DNA of 63,964 bases, the filler included, from an uncultured bacterium (GTDB lineage Bacteria; Auribacterota; CAZIXI01): NCBI GenBank assembly GCA_964543115.1. It is 10 parts of 10 records of this genome, joined end to end, with 100 filler letters (N's around TTAATTAATTAA, not from the genome) between each part and the next. Parts side by side here need not be neighbours in the genome. Positions count along the whole stretch, not along the records: positions 13,021 to 19,415 come from CAZIXI010000201.1; positions 19,516 to 25,898 come from CAZIXI010000202.1; positions 25,999 to 32,337 come from CAZIXI010000203.1; 7 more parts are not named here. One strand, given 5' to 3'. This document shows positions 17,780 through 28,116 of the stretch, piece after piece; position 1 is the stretch's first letter, and each line of letters begins with the position of its first letter. Under the pieces are notes generated by a model. That model had not been told where the DNA came from, did not search any database, and saw only the letters and a list, made by a program, of their open reading frames with translations. A program made the position numbers and the translations under genes.

Positions 17780-17815
17780 TAGACAAAGCTCCTAATTTAT
17801 CGTATAAATTAGGAG
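17780..17815 (+). promoter_or_regulatory. Promoter and overlapping 12-bp perfect palindrome (operator or SD-sequestering hairpin)
   Basis: TAGACA-17-TATAAA; CTCCTAATTTAT-cgt-ATAAATTAGGAG covers the -10 box and the SD. Confidence 0.65.
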
Positions 17816-17816
17816 T

Positions 17817-18974
17817 ATGTTTAAGAGGCTGATTAATCCATCATTATCTCAAAGCTTTTTTATATTTGGTCCTAGAGGGACTGGAAAAACCACTTTTTTA
17901 AGGATTTTTTTCAAAAACAAACCTCATCAATGGATAGATCTATTAGACAACGAACTTGAAGAACGTTATGCCCTTGACAGAGGACTTCTCTATCGAGAAT
18001 TAATTACTTACAAATCACAAGAGCAATGGATAGTAATTGATGAAATCCAAAAACTTCCGACGCTTCTTAACACTATACATAAGTTGATTGAAGAAACCTC
18101 GCTAAAATTTGCACTGACTGGTTCCAGCGCCAGAAAATTGAAACGAGGATCCGCAAACCTGCTTGCCGGCAGAGCTTTCATGAACCATATGTTTCCTTTA
18201 ACCCATTCAGAGATGGAAAAATCTTTTTCATTAGATCAAGCTCTTGAATGGGGAACACTTCCGGGAATCATGAAATTCGATAATGATTCCGATAAAAAAG
18301 ATTTTCTTAAAGCCTATGCTTTGACTTATTTAAAAGAAGAAGTATGGGCAGAACATATTGTTAGGAAACTAGATCCCTTTCGAAGATTTCTTCCTGTGGC
18401 AGCTCAGGCTAATGGTACGATTCTGAATTATTCAAAGATTGCCAGAGATGTAGGGACAGACTACAAAACCATTCAATCGTATTTTAATATATTAGAGGAT
18501 ACTTTACTTGGCTTTTTTGTTGAACCATACCATCGTTCTGTTCGCAAACAACAGCATAAAGCGCCAAAGTTTTATTTTTTTGATACGGGAGTTAAAAGGG
18601 CTTTAGATAATACGCTTGATATTCCTTTAAAACCAAAGAGCTATTATTTTGGAAAATCTTTTGAACATTGGTTAATAACTGAGATTTACAGGTTAAATCA
18701 CTATTTGAAGAAAGATTATCGTTTTTATTACCTTCTGACTAAAGATCGAGCAGAAATTGACCTCATCATCGAAAGGCCAGGAAAAAACCTGCTCCTTATT
18801 GAAATTAAATCAAGCAAGGATCCAGATCCTCAGGACGCAATGAAATTAGAGCGTTTTATTAATGATTTTAAAGGTGCAGAGCTACTTCTCCTCTCTCTAA
18901 CAGAAAAAAAACAACAAATCGGAAATGTGATGTGTCTGCCGTGGAAAGAAGGAATTAATAGAATTTTTTTATAG
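17817..18974 (+). CDS. AAA+ ATPase (AAA_14) with DUF4143 / PD-(D/E)XK-like C-terminus
   Basis: GPRGTGKTT, IVIDEIQK, LTGSSA, LAGRA, KFYFFDTG, AEIDLIIE..IEIKS. Confidence 0.92.
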   Translation: MFKRLINPSLSQSFFIFGPRGTGKTTFLRIFFKNKPHQWIDLLDNELEERYALDRGLLYRELITYKSQEQWIVIDEIQKLPTLLNTIHKLIEETSLKFALTGSSARKLKRGSANLLAGRAFMNHMFPLTHSEMEKSFSLDQALEWGTLPGIMKFDNDSDKKDFLKAYALTYLKEEVWAEHIVRKLDPFRRFLPVAAQANGTILNYSKIARDVGTDYKTIQSYFNILEDTLLGFFVEPYHRSVRKQQHKAPKFYFFDTGVKRALDNTLDIPLKPKSYYFGKSFEHWLITEIYRLNHYLKKDYRFYYLLTKDRAEIDLIIERPGKNLLLIEIKSSKDPDPQDAMKLERFINDFKGAELLLLSLTEKKQQIGNVMCLPWKEGINRIFL

Positions 18975-19100
18975 CATGCCCCACACTTTTTAAGTAGGTA
19001 TTATATCCTATCTGAATTAGATTCCTACCCTATAAAGAAAGGCGCTGCGAAATTCCAGCCCCTAAAAAATATTAGGGGGGGGTTCGCAACGCCTACCTCT

Positions 19101-19178
19101 TGGCGACCCTAGAGGGATTTGAACCCTCGTCGCGGCCTTGAAAGGGCCGTGTCCTAAACCAGGCTGGACGATAGGGTC
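19101..19178 (-). tRNA. tRNA-Glu(TTC), CCA encoded
   Basis: Acceptor GACCCTA/TAGGGTC, anticodon loop CTTTCAA, GGTTCAAATCC, GCCA end. Confidence 0.95.
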
Positions 19179-19244
19179 GGGAACAGCCGTTTTGTTGATA
19201 TTTTAAACTAATCTTAAAAACTATCAATAGAAAAATTAAGCAAT

Positions 19245-19276
19245 AATTTATGGGCCGCGTAGGACGAGTCCTACGC
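19245..19276 (-). repeat. Duplicated tRNA-Lys 3' end (att-like scar) with hairpin
   Basis: 21-bp AATTTATGGGCCGCGTAGGAC at 19245-19265 and 19299-19319; GCGTAGGA-CGAG-TCCTACGC hairpin. Confidence 0.8.
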
Positions 19277-19304
19277 ATGCCTATACTGATGAATTTCAAA
19301 TTTA

Positions 19305-19377
19305 TGGGCCGCGTAGGACTCGAACCTACCGCAGCCGCCTTAAAAGGGCGGTGCTCTACCAGATGAGCTAGCGGCCC
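19305..19377 (-). tRNA. tRNA-Lys(TTT), CCA not encoded
   Basis: Acceptor GGGCCGC/GCGGCCC, anticodon loop CTTTTAA, GGTTCGAGTCC. Confidence 0.95.
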
Positions 19378-19515
19378 GTGAAACCAGAAAGCGCTTTTAT
19401 ACTTCCATCAGTTCTNNNNNNNNNNNNNNNNNNNNNNNNNNNNNNNNNNNNNNNNNNNNTTAATTAATTAANNNNNNNNNNNNNNNNNNNNNNNNNNNNN
19501 NNNNNNNNNNNNNNN

Positions 19516-21360
19516 GCATCCTTCAGCTAAATACCAGGTAGTGCCGGTTCTGGTTACCCCGATTGAGTCGTGCCCGCCCTGCCAATAAGCGCCTGCTGGA
19601 TCATACCAGTACATTGACCGCTCCGCTATTATTCCCACACTATTGGTGCTTACGACTTTTGTCGATACATCTCCGCCGGTCACATAATTATTAACGTTAA
19701 AAGTTTTGCGCCTGTTGGCGCTTACCGTATCTGTATGAGTTACCGGGGTATCGGCACCCCGCATAAAAGTCAGGGTTACTTCGGCATCAATACTATTAGG
19801 ATTCTGCACCAGCACCCAGGTGTCAAAACCGCTCACGCAGCCTTCCGGTAAATACCAGGTAGTGCCGGTTCTGGTTACTCCGATCGAGTCGTGTCCGCCC
19901 TGCCAGTAGGCGCCTGCCGGATCATTCCAATACATCGACCGCTCCGCTATTATGCCCACACCATTGGTACTTTCCACTTTAGTGGATACATCACCGCCGG
20001 TTACATAATTATTAACGTTAAAAGTTTTGCGTCTGTTGGCGCTTACCGTATCTGTGTGTGTTACCGGACTATCAGCTCCCCGCATGAAAGTCAGGGTTAC
20101 TTCGGCGTCGGTACTGTTAGGGTTCTGGACAAGCACCCAGGTATCAAAACCGCTTACGCAGCCTTCAGCCAGATACCAGAGAGTGCTGACAATATTCAAA
20201 GCGCCCGTCCAGATTTGATCATAAGTGCCGTCTGTTTGAAACCAAACAGAATAAAGCTTGTTGCGGTAAATGTCTAAAATTATCTGGGGAAGAGATTTAT
20301 TGTAATAGTTCGTGGTTCGCTTTGTTGCCGACCAGCCGCTGCCGTCTGTGTTCATCTCCGCTGTCCACAGTTGATAATATACGTCGTCGTATTCATACCA
20401 GATATAAAAGAGTTTGTTGCTGCCGGCGTCTAAAGTGAAGGAAGGGGACAGTTTGTAATAATTGCTTGTTGTCATTTCCGCTGCCGACCAGCTGGTGCCG
20501 TCCGTGTTTAGCTCCGCTGTCCAGATCTGACTGACTCTTCCACCTTATTCGTACCATACGTAATAGATTTTGTTACTGCCTGCGTCTAATACTAGTTTAG
20601 GATTGTTTTTAGTAAAGGCGCTGGTTGTTCTCTTTGTCGCCGACCAATCTGTGCCGTCTGTGTCCATCTGGGCGGTCCAGATTTGATCAATACTGCCGTC
20701 ATTTTCATACCACACATAATAGAGTCTGCCGCTGGCTGTGTCTAAAACCAGTTGCGGGACATATTTATTGTCAGTGCTTGTTGTCCTCTTTGCCGCCGAC
20801 CAGCCGCTGCCGTCTGTGTTCATCCGGGCCGTCCAGATCTGGTTCTTACTGTCATCATCTTTTTCATACCATACATAATATATTATGTTGTTATCGGCGT
20901 CTAAGACCAGCTGTGGAGTGTATTTAAGGTAACTGCTGGTTGTCTGCTTGGTTGCCGACCAGCCGCTGCCGTCTGTGTTTAGCTCGGCCGTCCAGATCTG
21001 GTTATTGCTTCCGTCGTATTCATACCAGGTATAATGTAAAATATTATTTGCAGAATCGAATACTAGTTCAGGATTAAATTTATGAAAATCGGTTGTTGTC
21101 TGCTTTGTCGCCGACCAGCCGCTGCCGTCAGTATTCATTTCTCCCGTCCAGATCTGATACCTGCTCCCGTCACTTTCATGCCAGGCATAGTAGATCTTAT
21201 TATTAGCTGTGTCTAGCACTGACCTCGTAGTAAATTTATTATAATCGCTTGTCGTTCTCTGTGTTGCCGTCCAATTGTTCGTTGCGCAAAACACGCTCTC
21301 TGCCGCGCCCAGAATTATTAGTAGAGCCAGGCCGCAGAGCAATAAGTTTATTTTTTTCAT
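19516..21360 (-). pseudogene. Secreted 7-repeat beta-propeller-like protein with DUF5719-like (WYLAEG) repeats; in-frame TAA at 20545-20547; 3'-truncated
   Basis: The two track ORFs are one frame (YVWYE*GGRVSQIWT); seven ~52-aa repeats, then WYLAEGC..FDTWVLVQNP modules. May be a sequencing error rather than a true pseudogene. Confidence 0.7.
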
Positions 21361-21513
21361 GGGTAATTCCTCCTTTTTGGCTTCTTGGAACTTAATTTTA
21401 TTCTATTTTCGGCTAAAATACAAGTGTGCATCCAAGAGGTTTTGGGTTTCTTTTTCGCGGTTTTTGGGCTAAAATTATTGGTTAGCAGCGGAGGATAAGG
21501 AGGAGTTGGTTTA

Positions 21514-22377
21514 ATGCGTATTAGAATATTTATTTTGTTAATTGCGGGTACGATTAGCGGGCTTGCCGGATGTGCCGCGCCGAATCAACTGAAAGTAAAA
21601 GCAGGCGCTAAGAGCAGAGTGCCGGTCAACAGGAACAGAATAATCTCACAAAAGGATATTCCTCTATATACTCCTAGAGTTATTAAAAGCTATCCTCATG
21701 CTGAAGCTTCCTCTACGCAAGGTCTGGTAATGAGTGGAGAATATTTATATGAGAGTACCGGCATCTATGATAAGTCCAGGCTGATGAAATTGGAGTTGGA
21801 GAGCGGGAATATAGTAATGGAAAGTGCTCTGGCTTCCAACTATTTTGGAGAAGGGGTAACGGTCTTAGGCGACAAAATATATCAGCTTACCTATTTGTCG
21901 AATACGGGTTTTGTCTATGATAAGAACAGTTTTGAATTGATCGGGAAATTTCACTATTCAGGCCAGGGATGGGGCCTGACCCATGATAACGAACGGATAA
22001 TCATGAGTAACGGTTCAGCGGAGCTGATTTTTCTGAATGCCGAAACCCTGGAGGTTGAAGATCGTATCCTTGTCCATGATAATACCGGTTATATTGGTTT
22101 TCTTAACGAGTTGGAGTACGTTAGTGGTTCTATCTATGCCAATATTTGGCAGACGGATTTTATCGCGGAAATTTCACCGGATTCCGGAAAAATAACCGGC
22201 TGGATTGATTTGGCGGGCCTTAGCCCTGATTTCGGGAAGACGCCGGACCCGCACAGCCCAAACGGGATTGCCTATAATGAGAAAACCGGGCGACTGCTGG
22301 TAACCGGAAAATGCTGGCCAGAGATATACGAAATAGAGCTGGTTCCCGTTAAGGGCGAAAGAGACTATTGTAGTTGA
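21514..22377 (+). CDS. Glutaminyl-peptide cyclotransferase (plant/bacterial type), lipoprotein
   Basis: LAGC lipobox; YPH..STQGL, ESTG.Y, YFGEG, GWGLT, SNGS, LNELE, NGIAY, VTGKCWP. Confidence 0.92.
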   Translation: MRIRIFILLIAGTISGLAGCAAPNQLKVKAGAKSRVPVNRNRIISQKDIPLYTPRVIKSYPHAEASSTQGLVMSGEYLYESTGIYDKSRLMKLELESGNIVMESALASNYFGEGVTVLGDKIYQLTYLSNTGFVYDKNSFELIGKFHYSGQGWGLTHDNERIIMSNGSAELIFLNAETLEVEDRILVHDNTGYIGFLNELEYVSGSIYANIWQTDFIAEISPDSGKITGWIDLAGLSPDFGKTPDPHSPNGIAYNEKTGRLLVTGKCWPEIYEIELVPVKGERDYCS

Positions 22378-22455
22378 TAGCAGAAGGTCATTGCAGAATA
22401 ATGAAATCCATACGGTAGTTATCGTCCTTAGTGCCTTAAAGGTAGAGTGAGTGTT

Positions 22456-23862
22456 TTATTGCGGGCCCTGGAACCTTAGCGGCGAAGAAAGCAATTCCGA
22501 TAGATAAAGAAAATTATCCGCGTTGATTGTGTTGTCGAATTTTCCCGGGACAGTGTTGGTTCCCGTATTTGCGGGAGCGAGTATTCTGTCTGCCCTCTGG
22601 CTGTTATTTTCCGGCCAGAGTATCTCCCGGTAAGTTTTGTTGTGCTTGGCGGTTTGTTCCACCGCCCCGGCCATGGTTTTTTCTGACGCTAAATCTTCCT
22701 GTCCCTTTTGGGCCAGGGCGGCCACGTATGCGGCTCCGGCCAGCGGCGCAATTTCATCGGCATAGGCCCGGGCAAATCTTCCCGAATCAGCCGGATCTGC
22801 TGGAGTAGCCGCCGTGTACTTTTCCAGCATATGTATTGCCGCTTCCTCCATCAGTTCATCATATATGCCCGCTGGGGTATTGACGGTTATCCTGGGCCTG
22901 ATGACGACATATGATATGTTCTTTTCCCGCAGTAGTTCCTCAATTCCGGCGCTGTGAAAGCCGCCGGCAACGAGCGCGGCGGTGTTTAAATCATCTATCT
23001 CCATTTGCCTAATCAAATTATCAATAAATTCATCTTCCCTCTTCAGGGCAGTGGCGTAAAATTCCAGCCCCGCTGCGTACGCCTTTTTCAGGGTGTCCGG
23101 CTGATTGACTGTGGTGAGACCGGCCCCCTGACTGCCGCTGTATTCGGATATTAATGAGAGATATGAATTGAAAGTAAGTTTATTTTTAATTAATTTATTG
23201 TATTCATTTCTGGTCAAACTAATCTTGAGGAGTTTCTCTATCAGCCCGATTCCTTCCGCGAAAGATATGTCTTTATTTTTGCTTAGGGGTGCGAGGCCGG
23301 GTAATTCCTGTTTTAGCTTGTTTATTTGGGCGAGCGCTCCTTTTCTGTTTATAAAAAGTTCCGCGTGGCTCTGCAGGTTGTCTATGTAAAGCTTTTTTGT
23401 TTCGATGCCGAAAAGCATTGCCTCAGTATTTTCTTGTTTAGCGGCGAAGGCCACGGAGCCGTGAATGACGGTTTCCGACAGCAGACCCTCAATGACATTC
23501 TCACGTTTTTCTTTCCCGGGGATTGCGCTTAATAGCGCTGTGTTTATCCATTTCTCTGCGCCTTCAACACCGATTAGTCTCAAATTATTATAGGTTGTCA
23601 GATCTTGCAGAATAGCGGCAATATTTTTTTGGGAGCTATAGTTGCAGTGGGCGTCCCGGATATGGATCACCATCTTTTCAGCGCCGGGTGCATCATGGGA
23701 GCTGGTGATAAAGCCGAGATGGTAAGGGACACTAATATTGTTAAGGTTGGGTAAGGCTTCGTTGTTAACAGGTTTGGCCCCTGCCTCAGCTAAGGGAAAG
23801 GTCAGTAACGCGGTGCAGGTAAAGAAATGCAATAAAATTAAACTCGTTAATTTCCTCAACAT
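22456..23862 (-). CDS. Secreted protein with DAHCNY/VEGA/GGFH domain
   Basis: AAGGAGAG RBS before ATG 23862, signal peptide; IHIRDAHCNYSSQKNIA, LIGVEGA, AGGFHS; function unknown. Confidence 0.8.
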   Translation of the reverse strand: MLRKLTSLILLHFFTCTALLTFPLAEAGAKPVNNEALPNLNNISVPYHLGFITSSHDAPGAEKMVIHIRDAHCNYSSQKNIAAILQDLTTYNNLRLIGVEGAEKWINTALLSAIPGKEKRENVIEGLLSETVIHGSVAFAAKQENTEAMLFGIETKKLYIDNLQSHAELFINRKGALAQINKLKQELPGLAPLSKNKDISFAEGIGLIEKLLKISLTRNEYNKLIKNKLTFNSYLSLISEYSGSQGAGLTTVNQPDTLKKAYAAGLEFYATALKREDEFIDNLIRQMEIDDLNTAALVAGGFHSAGIEELLREKNISYVVIRPRITVNTPAGIYDELMEEAAIHMLEKYTAATPADPADSGRFARAYADEIAPLAGAAYVAALAQKGQEDLASEKTMAGAVEQTAKHNKTYREILWPENNSQRADRILAPANTGTNTVPGKFDNTINADNFLYLSELLSSPLRFQGPQ

Positions 23863-23903
23863 TCTCTCCTTGTTTGCGGCTAAAAATATATCTTGATGAG
23901 AGA

Positions 23904-23933
23904 CCCGCCTACGCCAAGGCTTCGGCGGGCAGG
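23904..23933. repeat. Short palindromic element CCCGCCTACGCCAAGGCTTCGGCGGGCAGG
   Basis: CCGCC/GGCGG stem in the leader of the 22456-23862 gene. Confidence 0.6.
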
Positions 23934-24469
23934 CAAGCGATGTAGCGTCGGTGTAAAGAGCCAAAACCATTATAATAGTTTAACCGGCAAAGTAAAGTAA
24001 AAAAAGCTCGTCTCTGTTGTCTGTATATAATGGCAAGTATCATGCCAAATATGGTTTTTTGTAAGCGCATTGGCGGCAAGGTGTTGAGGTTTTGAGGGAC
24101 TGATCAAGTTTTGTCCCGGTAGAAAAACTTCGCAAAAACGCGGAGTTATTTCTCAAGTAGGACATACAAAAATATTAAACGAAACACTCGTCTGTTTCAG
24201 ATAATTGGAAAAGTATTGTGGACATCAGCAAGTTTTGTCAACCAGATGTTTACTGGCATTGTGAAATAATCCTGATTATTCTGCTTCCGGGTAATTGTCT
24301 AATAATAACAAAACAATAGTATAGAAAATGGACATATACAGTAATACCCGGCTGGCTGAAGGAAAAATAAGAACATATAACACACGCAAAGGTAGTAAGT
24401 TGTGTAAGCTTTTGGCAGTTTCCTGTTATTGGCATATATATTGCTAATATTATAAACACGGTGATATAT

Positions 24470-25898
24470 ATGAATAAAAAAAAGATACCAAAAATACCAT
24501 TTGTTTTAGTAGGGGTAGCGGTTATCTTTATTATTTTTTCATTTGCGGTTATCAGGGTTTCTCTTCCTCCTACGGAAGAGGTATTTATTTTCAGCGCGTT
24601 TAGCGGCGGTGGTTCAGTTAGTGACCTTTCGGGATTGCATATTAACAATGATGTTATTGCCGGTGATTTAGCTGGTAATTTTGCCTTGCCTTTCGCCGCT
24701 CTTCAATCCGGGCAAAGCTCGTTTACTACTTGGTACCTGGCGGAAGGGTGTACAAACGGTTTTGACACCTGGGTGCTGATTCAGAATCCCGGCGCAAATG
24801 AGGCCCAGGTAAAAGTAACCTTCATGGATCAGGATGGTAATACGGTAGAGATAACTCCGGACACAGATCCTGAAAATACAATTCTAGAACCTTACAGTAG
24901 AAGCACAATCTATGTTAATCGCTATCTGCCGGATAAAGATGTATCAACTATTGTAGAATCCATAAATGGAGAACCGATAATCGTTGAACGCGCCATGTAT
25001 TGGCTTAGCGGAGGGCAAGACTGGGTAGGCGGACATGATTCTGTCGGGGTTACTTCCGCGTCCACTATCTGGTACCTGGCCGAAGGTTGTACTAGAGGTT
25101 TTGATGCCTGGATATTGATCCAGAATCCGGGAGATAGTGAGGCAGAAGTAAAGGTAACCTTCATGGATCAGTACGGTAATACAGAAGAGATGACGCCGTA
25201 CACAGATCCTGAAAGTACAATTCTAGAACCTCACAGCAGAAGCACAATTTACGTGAATCGCTACATGCCGGACAGAGACGTGTCTACCACCGTAGAATCT
25301 ATAAATGGAGAGTCGATAATAGTGGAAAGGGCCATGTACTGGAATAGCGGTGGTATAGAGTGGGTGGGAGGTCATGATTCTGTTGGGGTTACTTCCGCGG
25401 ATACGACCTGGTACCTGGCTGAAGGGTGTACCAGGGGTTTTGATGCCTGGATCCTAATTCAGAATCCAACTGACAGTGAGGCCTGGGTGAATGTGACATT
25501 TATGGACCAGGATGGTAATACAGTAGAAGTAACTCCGGACACAGATCCGGAAGAGACTATTCTTGAACCTTATAGCAGAAGTACAATAAATATAAACCGC
25601 TACCTGCCGGATAAAGATGTATCTACAACAGTAGAATCCGCGAATGGAGTGCCGGTAATAGTGGAAAGGGCTATGTATTGGAATGGCGGTGGAATAGAGT
25701 GGGTAGGCGGGCATGATTGTATTGGGGTTAATTCTGCCGCTGGTGCCTGGTCACTAGCTGAAGGGTGTACCCGCGGTTTTGATACCTGGGTGCTGGTTCA
25801 GAATCCGGGCGCCAGTGAGGCCCGGATAAAAGTAACTTTCATGGATCAGGACGGCAATACGGTAGAAATAACACCGGACACGGATCCGGAAGAAACTA
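24470..25898 (+). CDS. Membrane-anchored protein of tandem DUF5719-like (WYLAEG) ~113-aa repeats, 3'-truncated
   Basis: N-terminal TM; four copies of AEGCT.GFD.W.L.QNP, the first three with ..IVERAMYW..GGH. Confidence 0.85.
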
Positions 25899-25998
25899 NN
25901 NNNNNNNNNNNNNNNNNNNNNNNNNNNNNNNNNNNNNNNNNNTTAATTAATTAANNNNNNNNNNNNNNNNNNNNNNNNNNNNNNNNNNNNNNNNNNNN

Positions 25999-27913
25999 TA
26001 TACACATAATCATTATCTATTCGTACGCCGGAAACAGGTTCGCCAGCTGCATCAACGACAATACCGGAGAAATAAACTATCGGCAGGTGAATATCGTAGC
26101 TAAGATCTGCTTGAATATTGAAATCTTCTTCCAATCGGTAATAAACGTATGGAGGACATTGTTTATTGTAGATATAGTCGCCATATCTGCCCCGCACAAT
26201 AATATCATATGTTCCTTCAGGCACAGCTATGCTGTAGGCGCCATCGGAGCCGGAAATGTCCCAGCCAATCGCGTCTTTTGGCTGTGTGAATACAGTGTCA
26301 CAGGGATTAACAACCTTGACGTAGAAATTCTTGACACCGTTACCGTCCCTGTCCAGGACGCGGCCGGAAATTACCGGCGCAAACTCTAGGGCAATATCCC
26401 GTGTCGTATCCGTGGTTAGCTCCAGCTTATTGATGAATTGTTTCTTATACATGCTGTCTGCGGGAGGTGTTACGCTAAAATCATATGTGGCCGCAAGTAG
26501 AGGGAAGTCAAATTTTCCCTCACTGTCTGTGATAACATAACCCTGACAGATATAATAATCATATGAAAACTTACCCGACCGGCATTTATATTTATACGTA
26601 TAATCATTATCTATCCGCACGCCGGAAACAGGCTCACCGGCGGCATCAAAGACATTACCGGAGAAATAAACTATCGGTAAGTGGATATCATGAGTAAGAT
26701 CTTCTTGGATATTCAGGTCTTCAGTCATCCGGTAATAAGCGTACGGGGGACATTGTTTATTATAAATATAGTCGCCATACCTGCCGCGCACGATGATATC
26801 ATACGTTCCTTCAGGTACAGGTATGCTGTAGGCGCCATCGCAGCCGGAAATATCCCAGCCAATCGCGTCTTTTGGATTTGTAAATACTGAATCACAGGGA
26901 TTAACAACCTTGACGTAGAAGTTCTTAACACCGTTACCGTCCCTGTCCAGAACGTGGCCGGAGATTACTGGCGCGAACTCCAGGGTTATATCCCGTGTCG
27001 TATCCTTGATTAGCTCCAGCTTATTAATAAATTGCTTCTTATACCCGCTATCCGCTGGAGGTGTTGAGATAATGTCATACGTGGCCGCGAGCAGGGGAAA
27101 GTCAAATCTTCCTTCGCTGTCAGTGATAACATAGCCCTGACAAATATAATAATCATATGAAAACTTACCTGACCTATATTTATGTTTGTACATATAATCA
27201 TTATCTATCCGCACACCGGAAACAGGTTCGCCGGCGGGATCAAAGACAGTACCGGAGAGATAAACTATCGGCAGCTGGATATCGTGGCTCAGGTCTCCCT
27301 GAATATTCAGGTCTTCGGTCATCCGGTAATACGCGTATGGGGGGCATTGCTTATTGTAAATATAGTCGCCATACCTGCCGCGCACAATAATATCATACGT
27401 TCCTTCAGGCACAGCTATGCTGTAGTCGCCGTTGCAGTCGGAAATGTCCCAGCCAATCGCGTCATTTGGCGATGTAAACACAGAGTCACAAGGATTAACA
27501 ACCTTGACATGGAAGCTCCTGACACCGTTACCGTTCCTGTCCAGGACGCGGCCGGAAATAAGGTGGCCCTTAGGCACCAGAACAACATTCTGGACGGTAT
27601 TACCCGCTACTGCTATTCCCTCAACGGTCGTCGCCCCATAGCCGCTTGACTGCGGCGGGGTTACAACAATATTATACGTGCCCTGGTCTATAGATATGGC
27701 ATAAGCGCCTGCTGCATTGCTTGTGTCGCTTCCTACCGTTGTCCCTGTTGCCGGAACAACAACAGCCAGTGAAACATCTGCTATCGCCGCACCATCCCGG
27801 TCATTGACCTGACCCGACAGTTGGTAGACAGCGGCCCGGGCCTGGGCAGAAAATAAAATTCCGGCAATGATAATCGCGGCTATCAGTATTTTTTTGGTTG
27901 ATGTCATGTTCAT
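25999..27913 (-). CDS. Secreted protein with carboxypeptidase-regulatory-like beta-sandwich repeats (198-aa unit), 3'-truncated
   Basis: Signal peptide from ATG 27913; 594-bp period (ACACCGTTA at 26334, 26928, 27522); SGRVLDRDG..YSIAVPEGTYDI. Confidence 0.85.
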
Positions 27914-28116
27914 CTTATCCCCCTTGATTTTTTTGTAGTTGCTAGCCAGCTTATTTACTCGCATATTCCATGCCAGAAAACAGGCAGGATCATAGGGTCT
28001 AATGGCATGTGTTGCAATATGTTACAATGTTGCTTTTTTTTCCTATTTCTTTGCCGTCCAAAATACGGACAGTTATGCTGTCCAAAATTCAGATAATCGG
28101 TTACAATACAGGTATT

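Larger units (their letters stand above)
17588..19052 (+). mobile_element. Inverted-repeat-bounded AAA-DUF4143 cassette beside the tRNA-Glu 3' end
   Basis: 17588-17640 and 18999-19052 are inverted repeats with 24-bp and 15-bp identical blocks; no transposase, so mobility is inferred. Confidence 0.6.

Noticed and set aside
20545..20547. Alternative genetic code explaining the internal stop
   Set aside because: TAA, TAG and TGA all terminate conserved genes normally elsewhere in the window.
23863..23970. N-terminal extension of the track ORF 22456-23970
   Set aside because: Runs through a palindromic repeat; the RBS and signal peptide point to ATG 23862.
26000..27600. Near-identical repeats as a DGR template/variable pair
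   Set aside because: Differences are not adenine-specific, all copies are in frame in one gene, and no reverse transcriptase is in the window.
27945..28010. CATAGGGTCTAA and TAGCCAGCT fragments resembling a c-di-GMP-I riboswitch
   Set aside because: Elements are in the wrong order and the GGCAAA/GAAA P1-P2 core is missing.
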